DNA of 59,151 nt, the filler included. It is 3 parts of 3 records of this genome, joined end to end, with 100 filler letters (N's around TTAATTAATTAA, not from the genome) between each part and the next. Parts side by side here need not be neighbours in the genome. Positions count along the whole stretch, not along the records: positions 1 to 27,098 come from SRR31156797_3062; 2 more parts are not named here. One strand, written 5' to 3'. A program made the translations under genes and the position numbers. The notes under the pieces are model-generated. The model did no database searches, was not told where the DNA came from, and worked only from the letters and a program-made list of their open reading frames with translations. Below are positions 1 to 9,982 of the stretch, in pieces (position 1 is the first letter of the stretch; every line of letters starts with the position of its first letter).

Positions 1-816
1 ATTTTTAACAACAACCTCTGCCACAGCACTACCCATCCCACCTGCCGCCTGGTGTTCTTCTGCAGTCAGAATAGCCCCGGTTTCTTCTGCAGCCCGTATA
101 ATCATCGAATCATCAATGGGCTTGATGGTGTGCAGATTGATAACCCGTGCGGAAACATTTTCCTTTTCAAGCATTTTTGCCGCCTGAAGTGCTTCCCATA
201 CCATATGCCCGGTTGCAACAATTGATAGGTCGTTCCCGGGTTTCAGGATCTGGCCTCTACCTATTTCGAAACCCAGATCAGCAGCAGTAAAATCCGGAAC
301 AGCTTCCCGGCCAAAACGGATATAAACCGGGCCATCCAAATCCAAAATTGCTTTTTCTGTGGCGATTCTGGCTTGTGTCGCATCACAGGGTGAGATCACT
401 GTCATGTTTGGCAAAACCCGCATCATGGCAATATCTTCAAGCGCCTGGTGGGTGGCGCCATCCGGGCCAACCGAAATACCGGCATGCGCTCCTCCAATCA
501 CAACATGCACATTATTGTAGCAAACCGAAATCCTGATCTGATCGGTGGTTCGCATCGCCGAAAAAACAGCATAGGTAGCAAAAACAGGAATTTTTTCGGA
601 AAGCGCCATCCCGACGGCAGCAGCCATGCAATTCTGCTCGGCAATACCCATGGAAACAAACCTTTCGGGAAAAGCATCCGCAAATAAATCCATACTCACC
701 GATTTGGTGATATCGGCGCCAATGCCAACCACATGCGGATTTTGTCTGGCAGCATCCAAAACACCTTTTCCGAATCCTGCCTTTGTAGGTTTATCTCCTA
801 TATTTACAAACTTCAT
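1..816 (-). CDS. Transketolase C-terminal (pyrimidine-binding) subunit, 3' end outside the window
   Basis: Not in the ORF track; translated by hand from ATG at 816: MKFVNIGDKPTKAGFGKG...FPERFVSMGIAEQN. ATGA overlap with the stop of the upstream N-terminal subunit. Confidence 0.9.
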   Translation of the reverse strand, partial: MKFVNIGDKPTKAGFGKGVLDAARQNPHVVGIGADITKSVSMDLFADAFPERFVSMGIAEQNCMAAAVGMALSEKIPVFATYAVFSAMRTTDQIRISVCYNNVHVVIGGAHAGISVGPDGATHQALEDIAMMRVLPNMTVISPCDATQARIATEKAILDLDGPVYIRFGREAVPDFTAADLGFEIGRGQILKPGNDLSIVATGHMVWEALQAAKMLEKENVSARVINLHTIKPIDDSMIIRAAEETGAILTAEEHQAAGGMGSAVAEVVVKN

Positions 817-1670
817 GATTTTGTTTTTCCTGAATATTTCTGATCCAGTTCCTGAATAAATTGCTCAGCCTGTACTTTATCCGGCGCTTTACCATGCCAG
901 GCATAATCATTTTCGATGGCCTTAATCCCTTTGCCCATCAAAGTTTTGGCGATGATAACAGATGGTTTCCAGGTTACTTTTTCAACCTCCATAAATGTTT
1001 CGAGCAATGCACCAATGTCATTACCATCACAGGTAAAAACTTCCCAGCCAAAGGATTTCCATTTCTCTGTCAACGGTTCAATTTCCATGACACCCGAAAC
1101 TTCTCCATCAATTTGCAAATGGTTACGGTCAACTATCGCAACCAGGTTATCCAGATTATGATGTGATGCACTCATGGCGGCTTCCCAGATGCTCCCTTCC
1201 TGGAGTTCGCCATCACCATTCACACAGAAAATCCGTTGATTCTTTCTATCCATTTTTGCTGCGATCGCCATTCCTACAGCCACTGAAAGGCCCTGCCCCA
1301 AAGATCCTGCTGAAAGTTCCAAACCCGGTAATCCATGATCCCGGCCGGGATGTCCCTGAAGGCGGGAACCCAATTTTCGCAGGGTCAGCAGTTCTTCGCG
1401 AGGAAAATATCCTGCATTGGCCAAAGCAGCATATAGTACCGGTGCCACATGGCCTATGGAAAGTATCAGCCTGTCGCGATCCTCCCTGTCGGGATTTTGA
1501 GGATTATGATTCAGGATATTGAAATACAAAACTGCGAAAACATCGGCCAGCCCAAGGCTACCACCTGTGTGCCCGCTGCCGGATGCTGCAAGACTTTTGA
1601 TCACATCCTTCCGGATGGTGTTCGCGATTTCTTTTAACCGGGAAATATCTGCAATCTTTGGCGAAATCAT
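813..1670 (-). CDS. Transketolase N-terminal (TPP-binding) subunit
   Basis: GHTGGSLG, DRLILSIGH, LQGHP, GSLGQG and GDGELQEG TPP motif. Start moved to MISPKI (1670), which overlaps the yigZ stop. Confidence 0.92.
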   Translation of the reverse strand: MISPKIADISRLKEIANTIRKDVIKSLAASGSGHTGGSLGLADVFAVLYFNILNHNPQNPDREDRDRLILSIGHVAPVLYAALANAGYFPREELLTLRKLGSRLQGHPGRDHGLPGLELSAGSLGQGLSVAVGMAIAAKMDRKNQRIFCVNGDGELQEGSIWEAAMSASHHNLDNLVAIVDRNHLQIDGEVSGVMEIEPLTEKWKSFGWEVFTCDGNDIGALLETFMEVEKVTWKPSVIIAKTLMGKGIKAIENDYAWHGKAPDKVQAEQFIQELDQKYSGKTKS

Positions 1671-2272
1671 ATTTTGCTGATTTTCAATTTTCGCAGATCC
1701 ACAAAACGCTTTTCCACTTTCTCCGAAAATTTTTGGCGCACCGAAAACCGCAGCCTGCATGTCATTTGAAAATCCTGGGAAACAATTTCCAAATTCTCTT
1801 CCTTGATGATACGCATCACATCGTTCATATCCACATAATCAAAAACCACATCAAACTGGTCCTTCACAATACGCTCTTTGATGGAATTGTTGTTGATGGC
1901 ATCCAGGGCTGCAAACTTGTATGCATTGATCAAACCCCGCACCCCCAGTTTGGTGCCGCCAAAATAACGGATCACCACAATGAGGCTATCGGTGAGATCA
2001 TGCGAGAGAAGCTGCCCATGGATGGGTTTGCCAGCAGTTCCTGAAGGTTCGCCGTCGTCGTTGGCACGATATTCCTCTTTATCAAAACCCAGGATATAGG
2101 CATAGCAGTGATGGCGTGCATCGTAATACTGCTTTTTCAGTGCTTCGATCTCCTGCTTGATTTCGTCTTCGGAAGTAACGGGAATGGCGTGTGCGATGAA
2201 TTTGCTGCTCTTGTCCTTGAAAAGTCCTTCTGATCGTTTGCCCAGTGTTTTATAGGTGTCTCTTTTTTCCAT
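1667..2272 (-). CDS. yigZ: YigZ/IMPACT family protein
   Basis: KSSKFIA, ARHHCYAY, DDGEPSGTAGKP and RYFGGTKLG motifs. Confidence 0.9.
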   Translation of the reverse strand: MEKRDTYKTLGKRSEGLFKDKSSKFIAHAIPVTSEDEIKQEIEALKKQYYDARHHCYAYILGFDKEEYRANDDGEPSGTAGKPIHGQLLSHDLTDSLIVVIRYFGGTKLGVRGLINAYKFAALDAINNNSIKERIVKDQFDVVFDYVDMNDVMRIIKEENLEIVSQDFQMTCRLRFSVRQKFSEKVEKRFVDLRKLKISKI

Positions 2273-2280
2273 AACTGCAG

Positions 2281-2290
2281 GGCAAAGTTA
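2281..2290 (-). promoter_or_regulatory. Bacteroidota-type -7 promoter element (TAACTTTG) upstream of yigZ
   Basis: Matches TAnnTTTG. The same motif precedes recR (about 8821), glmM (about 12300), the TPR gene (about 12458), rnz (about 18565), rpsA (about 21460), 22448 and the PLD gene. Confidence 0.55.
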
Positions 2291-2431
2291 TGGATTATTG
2301 CCCATCCAGCAAATCGGGGCGGCGTTGCTCCTGTTTTAATCTTTGCAACATCCATTCGGTATATTAATCCATGAGTAACATTTGGACTCAAAATCGCCAT
2401 ACATTTACAATTATCTGATAAATTGTTATTT

Positions 2432-2535
2432 GTCCTTTCTCCTTGATGAGAAAGAACGAAAGAATCAAGAAAATCTGATCCGAACCTTCCCCGCAAGCCA
2501 CTTCCTGACACCGCAGATTTTCAGGCCACCGTGCA
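2432..2535. other. Intergenic structured element (pseudoknot-like plus 9-bp stem); possible dispersed repeat or ncRNA
   Basis: CTTTCTC(2435-41) pairs with GAGAAAG(2448-54). Loop CTTGAT is complementary to ATCAAG(2464-69). GAAAATCTG(2469-77) pairs with CAGATTTTC(2514-22). Confidence 0.4.
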
Positions 2536-2839
2536 AATACAAAACTTCAGAAACTCCCCGGGCTCTGGTAATCTATATAATTGATGCTTTTATTACCAAG
2601 TTTATTAAACAATTAATATTGCAAAATGACGAGACTTTGTCCTAAACGGGTCTAGTTTGAATAAAGTAACATCGTATATGTTATTATTTGAATCAACAAT
2701 TTAATTTCAATTCAAACATAAATTCGGGCATGGTTTCCGGAGACTCAGTATTTATTATGAAATTTTGTTTTGTCAACTCCTTTACGATTTTTGGATTGAT
2801 ACTTATTGACATCCCACGAATCAGGACTTCTATGTTTAG

Positions 2840-3520
2840 TTAGCTCTCATCCAGCAAATCGGGACGGCGTTGCTTTGTGCGCTCCAGGGATTTTTCGTGC
2901 AGCCATTCGGCGATTTTCTTTTCATTTCCGGAGAGCAGGATTTCAGGCACCTTCCAGCCTTTGTAATCGGCAGGCCGGGTATAAACCGGTGGGCTCAACA
3001 ATCCATCCTGGAAGGAATCAGAAAGGGCGGAAGTTTCATCACTGATCACTCCGGGAATAATTCTAATAATGCTGTCGGCAAGCACGGCAGCAGCCAGCTC
3101 ACCACCGGAAAGCACATAATCGCCAATGGAAATTTCCATGGTGATGTAATGCTCCCGCAGGCGCTCGTCGATGCCTTTGTAATGACCACATAAAAAAATC
3201 AGATTGCCTTTGGTGGAAAGATAATTTGCCCGTGTTTGGTTGAGTACTTCTCCGTCGGGGGTAAGAAAAATCACTTCATCATAATCGCGTTCAGATTTCA
3301 ACTTATCGATCAAATCGGCAATGGGTTGGATGGTCATCACCATGCCGGCACCGTGGCCAAAGGCATAGTCGTCCACCTTGCGGTGTTTGTTATCCGTGTA
3401 TTCGCGAATGTTGTGGATATGAATTTCTGCAAGCCCTTTGTCGACGGCGCGTTTCACGATAGAATGCGCAAAAGGCCCTTCAAACATTTCCGGGAATATG
3501 GTGAGTATGTCAATCCGCAT
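2840..3520 (-). CDS. trmD: tRNA (guanosine(37)-N1)-methyltransferase
   Basis: [60 protein letters not shown]. Confidence 0.97.
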   Translation of the reverse strand: MRIDILTIFPEMFEGPFAHSIVKRAVDKGLAEIHIHNIREYTDNKHRKVDDYAFGHGAGMVMTIQPIADLIDKLKSERDYDEVIFLTPDGEVLNQTRANYLSTKGNLIFLCGHYKGIDERLREHYITMEISIGDYVLSGGELAAAVLADSIIRIIPGVISDETSALSDSFQDGLLSPPVYTRPADYKGWKVPEILLSGNEKKIAEWLHEKSLERTKQRRPDLLDES

Positions 3521-3530
3521 CGGGAAGAAA

Positions 3531-3810
3531 GTTATTCGTTATTCGTTAATCGTTATTTGGTTAATTAGTTTATAAGTTATTTGTTGTCAGGGTTGTCATT
3601 GTTGTCGTTGTTGTCTTTATTGTGGATGGTTGTTTTATGATGTCAGTATGTTATCACTTTGCCGATTTCGCTATAGTCTCTTCTTTCGCTTCGTTCTCTT
3701 AAGTCGCTTCGTTCTCTTCGTTTGCTAAAGTCGCCTACTTCGCGTCGTTCGTTTCATTCTCTTCAGTCGCTTCGTTCTCTTCGTTCGCTTAAGTCGCTTC
3801 GTTCGCTTTA
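3531..3810. repeat. Stacked degenerate tandem repeats: 7-mer GTTATTC, 9-mer GTTGTCnnn, 9-mer KTCKCTTMR x16
   Basis: Read directly. 3531-3566 heptamers, 3583-3627 GTTGTC nonamers, 3667-3810 sixteen indel-free 9-bp units (e.g. GTCGCTTCG, TTCTCTTCG, TTCGCTTAA). Confidence 0.85.
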
Positions 3811-3829
3811 CTCTTCACCTCAACGCTCC

Positions 3830-5770
3830 CTACTTCACCAGATAAAACTCCTCAATCTTCTCCAGAGTATCAGGATTTAATACTTCAAGTTTAATTGACC
3901 CACCCTCAACATGGAAAAAGATAAGCGCAAACTGGGTTGAAAATTTTTCCACATGATCGCTCCATGGCAATTGTTGCTGTGCATAATAAGGTGCTCCTGC
4001 AGCTCCGTTGGTTAACTGCCAGAAAGTTCGTGAAACATTCAGTTTCTCATGCGGGTAGTCCTCAGGATAAATCTGAGTTTCGTTTGTAATTTTAGTCCGG
4101 CTGTAGTTGTGTTCATCGCCACAAAGCAATGCTACCGTTTTCTGACTTTGGTTAATGAGTAAATCCAGAATTTCATCCCGGCGTTCGATGATCCCTTTTT
4201 CAACAGGCTTTCCGGCAATGTATGGCCGCACCTCATTGTTCCCGTTGTACCACATGTCATCGTGAGCATGACCGCCATTGGGGAAAGCAGGCGTATGTAC
4301 CGTAACAAAAATATGATCGATGTCTGAATCTCTTTCCAATCTGAAAACTGTTTCTTTGAGCCATTCGAATTGGTTGTCCATGATATAAGCATGTGGATTT
4401 CCTGAAGTCAGCGGAATTGATTCATGGGAAGGTGCATACCAGTAATCCGAATTGAGCACCACCATGGCCAGGTTCCCGTATGTGTAGTAAAAAACAGATT
4501 CTCCGTACGACGGAAAATCGATCGTTTTTGGATCGGGATCATATTTGGAGCCGTCCTCACTCTTGAGGTCACTTACCGGGTTAGCCACCACTTCAGCAAA
4601 TACTGATTCTGAAGATTCGGTTGCCCATGGGAATTTATCAATGGATGCTATTATTTTATTATCGCCAATAAAATTGATATTCAGCGCCTCATGGTTACCC
4701 ATACCGATAATAAACGGAATTCTGTGCGCAAAGGGTTCTATGCCACGCATAAAGTTTTGATACTGCAGCAGCATGTAGTCGCGATCGGTGGCATAGCCAT
4801 TGATCAGGTCGCCGGTATATTGGATAAAATCCGCACCATTTGCCAGCGTCAGAGCTGCCATTTTTTTGATGATATAAACGTTTGACCCATATAGATTACG
4901 TTCCCCTCCACCCTTTCCAGCACGGCTGTCGCTGGCAAAAGCAAAAGTAAATGCTTCACGCGATCCCTTCTCAGGAGCTGTTTTAAACCAGGATTCGCGC
5001 TGGTAATCATCCACATTGATGGTATAATCATATTTCGTTGCAGGGTTTAAACCTTCTACCAGAATCTCATGAGTTGTCTTTTTCCCCCGGCTCTTAAATG
5101 TTTCACCATTGATTTCAATACTGGAGCGGGCATCCATATTTGTGGTAAAAGATATGATGGCCGAGTTGGGCCCAACCTGATTAAGATACGGACCATTAAT
5201 AATTGTGGCAGCAGTCTTAAACGGGAAAAGTCCTTTTAGCCTGACTCTACTGTCATAAATCAGGGTTCCGTCTTCAAAAACAACACGGTATCCCAGAAGT
5301 GTTTTGCCGGAATCTTCCCACTCGATAAAATCATATTTACCCCTGAGTGCCGCCATGGGTATTACAGCCTTGCCACCTTGAATCACGGCTGGTTTCTTAA
5401 AAAATACCGGCTGGGGGTAATCCAGGTTTTGCTCATCCACAAGCCCGTAGTAAATCAAGCCACTAAAGCCGGGGGCCTGGAAATCGAACTCAATTCCGGC
5501 TGCAGTCCCAACCGGGTTGATCTGAAATCTGCTATAACTGAATTCGGGAATATCAGCGGCATAATAACGCTTGTTAGTTTCGGGGTGCTGAAAGTAAATA
5601 TTTCCTGTATCGTCCAGAAAAATGTTGGAATATGATTTCGGAATATCTTCCAGTGGCATGACCCTTTGCAACATATCCTGCGGAAGGGCGATCACTTTTT
5701 CTTTTAGCAGAAATCCGGTAAACAATAAAAACACGGAAAGTGTAGCGAGTAAAACAGTACTTTTCTTCAT
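3830..5770 (-). CDS. Secreted metallophosphoesterase (purple acid phosphatase-like, FN3-like N-domain)
   Basis: Signal peptide; GPYL...EGLNPATKYDY FN3-like segment; DSRAG, GDLING, GNHE, HTPAF and GDEHNY metal motifs. Confidence 0.8.
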   Translation of the reverse strand: MKKSTVLLATLSVFLLFTGFLLKEKVIALPQDMLQRVMPLEDIPKSYSNIFLDDTGNIYFQHPETNKRYYAADIPEFSYSRFQINPVGTAAGIEFDFQAPGFSGLIYYGLVDEQNLDYPQPVFFKKPAVIQGGKAVIPMAALRGKYDFIEWEDSGKTLLGYRVVFEDGTLIYDSRVRLKGLFPFKTAATIINGPYLNQVGPNSAIISFTTNMDARSSIEINGETFKSRGKKTTHEILVEGLNPATKYDYTINVDDYQRESWFKTAPEKGSREAFTFAFASDSRAGKGGGERNLYGSNVYIIKKMAALTLANGADFIQYTGDLINGYATDRDYMLLQYQNFMRGIEPFAHRIPFIIGMGNHEALNINFIGDNKIIASIDKFPWATESSESVFAEVVANPVSDLKSEDGSKYDPDPKTIDFPSYGESVFYYTYGNLAMVVLNSDYWYAPSHESIPLTSGNPHAYIMDNQFEWLKETVFRLERDSDIDHIFVTVHTPAFPNGGHAHDDMWYNGNNEVRPYIAGKPVEKGIIERRDEILDLLINQSQKTVALLCGDEHNYSRTKITNETQIYPEDYPHEKLNVSRTFWQLTNGAAGAPYYAQQQLPWSDHVEKFSTQFALIFFHVEGGSIKLEVLNPDTLEKIEEFYLVK

Positions 5771-5833
5771 TTTAAAGCATTAAAATTGGTAAACTGAACG
5801 CTGTTTTTTCGGGAGCAAAGATGTGACATTTTT

Positions 5834-7195
5834 TTATTTTCCCACCCAGATGGTTTTGATATTTACAAATTCCCTGATGCCATAATGCGAAAGTTCCCGG
5901 CCATATCCTGAACGTTTTATGCCTCCAAACGGCAATCGCGGATCTGATTTGGTCATACCATTAACAAACACAGCACCCGACTCAACCTGTCTTGCCAAAC
6001 GGGTTCCTTTTTCCAGATTATTTGTCCATAAACATCCTCCGAGACCATAGTTGCTGTTATTTGCCAATCGGATTGCATCATCTTCATTTTCAGCTTTGAT
6101 TATTGCCAGCGCCGGGCCGAAGGTTTCCTGGCTGAACAATGGCATTTTGGGTGTTACTTCGCTGATTACGGCAGGTTCATAATAGAAACCAGGGCGATTT
6201 ATTCGCTTCCCGCCAATATGTAATTTAGCACCCCTGGCAACAGATTTTTTAACCTGCTCATCCAGGTCTTCAAGCAGGTCGAGCCGGGCCAGCGGCCCAA
6301 AGTCAGTGTCTGGATTTTCGGGATCACCGGGTTTCAGGGCTTTCATTTTCTCGACTATCATTTCCACAAATTCATCATGAACTTCCTTTACAACGATAAA
6401 TCGCTTGGCTGCAATACAGCTTTGCCCATCGTTGATCATGCGGGCTGTGACTGCCGTCGAAGCCGCTTTTTCAAGGTCAGCATCAGCCAAAACGATGAAG
6501 GGATCGGAGCCACCCAGTTCCAACACTGTTTTTTTAAGCTGTTTGCCACAGGCTTCAGCAACTTTACTCCCGGCAAATTCGCTGCCTGTGAGCGTAGCCG
6601 CCCGGATTCTTTCATCCTGGATCAATGCCTCAACCTGGTTGCTACCAATTAAAAGGGTCCGGAACAGGTTTTTGGGGAATCCGGCTTCAATAAATATTTC
6701 TTCTATCGCCAGCGCACACCCCGGAACATTGGAAGCATGTTTTAAAATGCCGGCGTTTCCCGCCATCAGGGCCGGGGCAGCAAACCTGAACACCTGCCAG
6801 AATGGAAAATTCCAGGGCATCACCGCCAAAACCGGGCCGATGGGTTCGAAAGCCACAAAGCTTTTCTCAGCATCAGTTTCGATGATTTCATCAGCCAGAA
6901 ATTGCGCTGCATTTTCAGCATAATACCTGCAAACCCATGCCGATTTCTCCACCTCAGCTTTTGATTCCTTGACCAACTTGCCCATTTCGCGGGTCATCAA
7001 CATGGCAAATTCAACCTTTCTTTTTTCAAGCACTCCTGCTGCATTCAGCATCAGTTTAGTCCGATGTTCAAAAGATGTTTTTTTCCATGATTGCCATGCC
7101 TCAAAAACCTGAACAGTAATTTCCTTACAGGCTTCCTGGCTGTATGTTTGATAAGTCTTGATGACCTCCCCTGTGGCCGGATTGATACTTTTCAT
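5834..7195 (-). CDS. NAD(P)-dependent succinate-semialdehyde dehydrogenase (aldehyde dehydrogenase family)
   Basis: MPWNFPFWQ, LTGS, LELGGSDP, GQSCIAAKR, ETFGP, PFGGIKRSGYGRE. Confidence 0.88.
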   Translation of the reverse strand: MKSINPATGEVIKTYQTYSQEACKEITVQVFEAWQSWKKTSFEHRTKLMLNAAGVLEKRKVEFAMLMTREMGKLVKESKAEVEKSAWVCRYYAENAAQFLADEIIETDAEKSFVAFEPIGPVLAVMPWNFPFWQVFRFAAPALMAGNAGILKHASNVPGCALAIEEIFIEAGFPKNLFRTLLIGSNQVEALIQDERIRAATLTGSEFAGSKVAEACGKQLKKTVLELGGSDPFIVLADADLEKAASTAVTARMINDGQSCIAAKRFIVVKEVHDEFVEMIVEKMKALKPGDPENPDTDFGPLARLDLLEDLDEQVKKSVARGAKLHIGGKRINRPGFYYEPAVISEVTPKMPLFSQETFGPALAIIKAENEDDAIRLANNSNYGLGGCLWTNNLEKGTRLARQVESGAVFVNGMTKSDPRLPFGGIKRSGYGRELSHYGIREFVNIKTIWVGK

Positions 7196-7350
7196 TAGTT
7201 AAAGGTTTATATTTTTGCGAATTTACAAATTAATGTCAGTTCGAAATATGTACCCAAAACAATATTGGAATCCGTATTGATTTCAATATCCAAATCAGGC
7301 CTATTATTGAATCCGGGTTGTTACAACTATAATCACCGCAAAAAAAATAT

Positions 7351-7995
7351 ATGAACATAAAAAAAGTGCAGGCTGTACTGTGGGACTGGAATGGCACGCT
7401 ACTCCATGATCCTGAGGTAAGTATCAGGGCTATGAACAATATGCTTGTAAAGCGCAATATTCCAGAGCTAACCGAAGCGCGCTATCGCGAAATTTTCACT
7501 TTTCCGGTGAAGGACTATTATGTAAAAGCAGGCATAAATTTCGGAGTACACGAATGGGATGAGGTGGCGATGGAGTTTATCAACAACTACAGGAAATTGG
7601 TACCGAAAGCCATACTAAATACTGATGCTTTGGCAGCGCTTGGCTTTTTACATAAAAAAGGCATTCGGCAGTTTATCCTTTCGGCGATGGAACAGGGCTT
7701 CCTTAAAGAAACCATTGAGGAAAGAATGGATACAAATATCTTTGAAGAGATTGTAGGCCTGAACAATCATTATGCACACACCAAGGTGGAAAATGCAATA
7801 CTTCTTGTTGATAAACTGAACCTGCCTAATGATGCTGTTTTAATGATTGGCGACACACTTCACGACCAAGAGGTGGCAACCGCCGCAGGTATTAATTGCA
7901 TACTTTATAGTGGTGGGCATCAATCGCGGGCAAGGCTGGAAAAATCCGGAGCAACGGTAATAGATAATTTGATACAGATTAAGGAATTATTCTGA
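7351..7995 (+). CDS. HAD-superfamily hydrolase (phosphoglycolate phosphatase-like)
   Basis: WDWNGTL motif I, ILSA motif II, IGDTLHD motif IV. Confidence 0.85.
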   Translation: MNIKKVQAVLWDWNGTLLHDPEVSIRAMNNMLVKRNIPELTEARYREIFTFPVKDYYVKAGINFGVHEWDEVAMEFINNYRKLVPKAILNTDALAALGFLHKKGIRQFILSAMEQGFLKETIEERMDTNIFEEIVGLNNHYAHTKVENAILLVDKLNLPNDAVLMIGDTLHDQEVATAAGINCILYSGGHQSRARLEKSGATVIDNLIQIKELF

Positions 7996-8739
7996 ACCGG
8001 ATTTTGGAATATCATCCTTCCGGAACTCAATCACTGTCTCCTGGCCGGTTTTAACGCCGTTGTCAAAATACTCAATCAATTCTAATTTCCCCTGCTCGTT
8101 GAAATGTTTCCATGTGCCATGGCTCAAACCCATTTTATAAGTTCCGGTCATCATCACGCGGCCGTTTTTATGGTAAAATGTAATCGGGCCATCCAGCGTA
8201 TCATTTACATAATTGCCATCCGTCTTTTTACGATCACCTTTGTAAAACTGCTTCCAGGGACCATGTTTCAGACCATTACTGTAATACAGAATTTCGGTTG
8301 TATCCCCGCTTTGGTAAAAGGTTACGAATTTTCCATTGTGAATTTCCTGATCGTAAGTCTCTGTCGTAAGCACCTGTCCGTAAACATCGTAAAATGCCCA
8401 GACACTGTCCTTCAATTGGTTTTTGTATGCTCCCTCCGACATCTTCCTGCCGTTTTTGTGATAGGTAATTGTCCAGGAATCCCTGCCATCATTTTTTAAT
8501 TCGGAACGCGCTTTGATCTTGCCATTATCATAATAGTAAACAAACTCGCCATAAGGCACGTCATCCTTAAACTGTCCCTCATAAACCATACTGCCATATT
8601 TATCTTTCTTGATCCATGCCCCCTGCTTCAGTCCATTTTCGTCGGTCAGGTTAAGGGTATCGGCAGTTTGGGCCAGCAATGATGCTGATAACAAAAAAAT
8701 AAATTGAAGTAAAATTGAAATTCTGAGATTCATTACCAT
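7987..8739 (-). CDS. Exported MORN-variant repeat protein (YwqK-like)
   Basis: Signal peptide and repeated G.WxxYY.NG..xxEG.Y units. Confidence 0.8.
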   Translation of the reverse strand: MVMNLRISILLQFIFLLSASLLAQTADTLNLTDENGLKQGAWIKKDKYGSMVYEGQFKDDVPYGEFVYYYDNGKIKARSELKNDGRDSWTITYHKNGRKMSEGAYKNQLKDSVWAFYDVYGQVLTTETYDQEIHNGKFVTFYQSGDTTEILYYSNGLKHGPWKQFYKGDRKKTDGNYVNDTLDGPITFYHKNGRVMMTGTYKMGLSHGTWKHFNEQGKLELIEYFDNGVKTGQETVIEFRKDDIPKSGSE

Positions 8740-8855
8740 TCAGGAAAAATTGTCAACTGTGCTTGTAACAATTGACTTAACGTTTGATTTATTCATTCAT
8801 TTTAAAGATCGGAAAACCATTACTTTTGCAAAGATAATCTACTACCTGAATTACT

Positions 8856-9479
8856 TTGAACAACTATTCATCTAAACTTTTAGAACAGGCTGTTGATGAG
8901 CTTTCCCGGCTTCCGGGCATTGGCCGTCGTACCGCCCTCAGGCTGGCATTGCACCTGCTGCGCGAAGATAAAAGCAACGTGGAAGGGCTGGGCAATGCGC
9001 TTATCAAAATGCGCAACGAGATCAATTACTGCAGGGTTTGTTACAATCTTTCCGATACCGATGTTTGCAGTATTTGCAATGATCCCAGGCGCGACAATTC
9101 CATTATTTGTGTTGTGGAAGATATCCGCGATGTACTGGCCATCGAAAAAACCTCGCAGTATCGCGGGCTGTATCATGTGCTGGGTGGAATTATTTCTCCC
9201 ATGGAAGGCATTGGGCCTAAAGATCTCTCCATAGATCAACTGGTTGAAAGAATAAGGGAACATGACCCAACAGAGATCGTTTTTGCGCTGGCAGCAACCA
9301 TTGAAGGCGACACCACAAATTTTTACATCTACAAAAAGATCAGGGAACTTGACGTCAGGGTTACAACAATAGCACGCGGTGTTTCCGTTGGGGATGAGTT
9401 GGAATATGCCGATGAGATAACACTTGGCCGCTCCATTCTAACCAGAACTCCTTATGACAACGCCATGCAGGGGAAATAA
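8856..9479 (+). CDS. recR: Recombination mediator RecR
   Basis: LPGIGRRTA HhH, CxxC-x8-CxxC zinc finger, YHVLGG and [24 protein letters not shown] start. Confidence 0.96.
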   Translation: MNNYSSKLLEQAVDELSRLPGIGRRTALRLALHLLREDKSNVEGLGNALIKMRNEINYCRVCYNLSDTDVCSICNDPRRDNSIICVVEDIRDVLAIEKTSQYRGLYHVLGGIISPMEGIGPKDLSIDQLVERIREHDPTEIVFALAATIEGDTTNFYIYKKIRELDVRVTTIARGVSVGDELEYADEITLGRSILTRTPYDNAMQGK

Positions 9480-9480
9480 T

Positions 9481-9816
9481 TCAATCACCAAATTTCATCA
9501 CCTGCTGGCCATCAACTTTTTTCTCTATGGGTTCCGCCCGAACGAATTCATCATTCAACCGCTTACCATTCATCTCTTCAAGAGCCTGGGCCTCAATGAA
9601 AAGGTCGAGTTGATTTTCGGTGGTCGGGACTTTAGGAGGAGTCACATCCAACGGTAGGGAGGTAAATGTTTCAATAGATCGTTTGATCAGCTTTAATGGC
9701 GTGGTATTTCTTGCCTTGCTGTATTTATCCAACGATTTCTTTTGCCGCTCTGTAAGCTTGAAGGTCACGGTTTTAAATTTCCGCTTTTTTGGTCTTTTCT
9801 TACTTTTTCGAGGCAT
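9481..9816 (-). CDS. Small basic protein with predicted ribbon-helix-helix-like N-domain and QLDLF motif
   Basis: Fills the gap convergent to recR. Beta-alpha-alpha pattern TVTFKL-TERQKKSLDKYSKAR-NTT-PLKLIKRSIETF; QLDLF at residues 69-73. Confidence 0.6.
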   Translation of the reverse strand: MPRKSKKRPKKRKFKTVTFKLTERQKKSLDKYSKARNTTPLKLIKRSIETFTSLPLDVTPPKVPTTENQLDLFIEAQALEEMNGKRLNDEFVRAEPIEKKVDGQQVMKFGD

Positions 9817-9982
9817 AATCTATTGAGGTTCAATGCGGGGGTAAAAGTAGGTCATAAATGGTTTTTACCCCTTTGTTTCTACCGTGAGTTTTCCACATAT
9901 TCAAATATTTGTTAACAAACGATTGAGAGATTAAACTACATACGGCCATTAGAGTTTACTTAACCAACCAATCAACACTACA

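Noticed and set aside
3667-3810. Possible CRISPR array (also 26867-27098)
   Set aside because: The period is 7-9 bp with no unique spacers, and there are no cas genes.
7987-8739. Toxin-antitoxin system implied by the YwqK-like label
   Set aside because: It is a generic MORN-variant repeat protein with a signal peptide, and there is no adjacent toxin gene.
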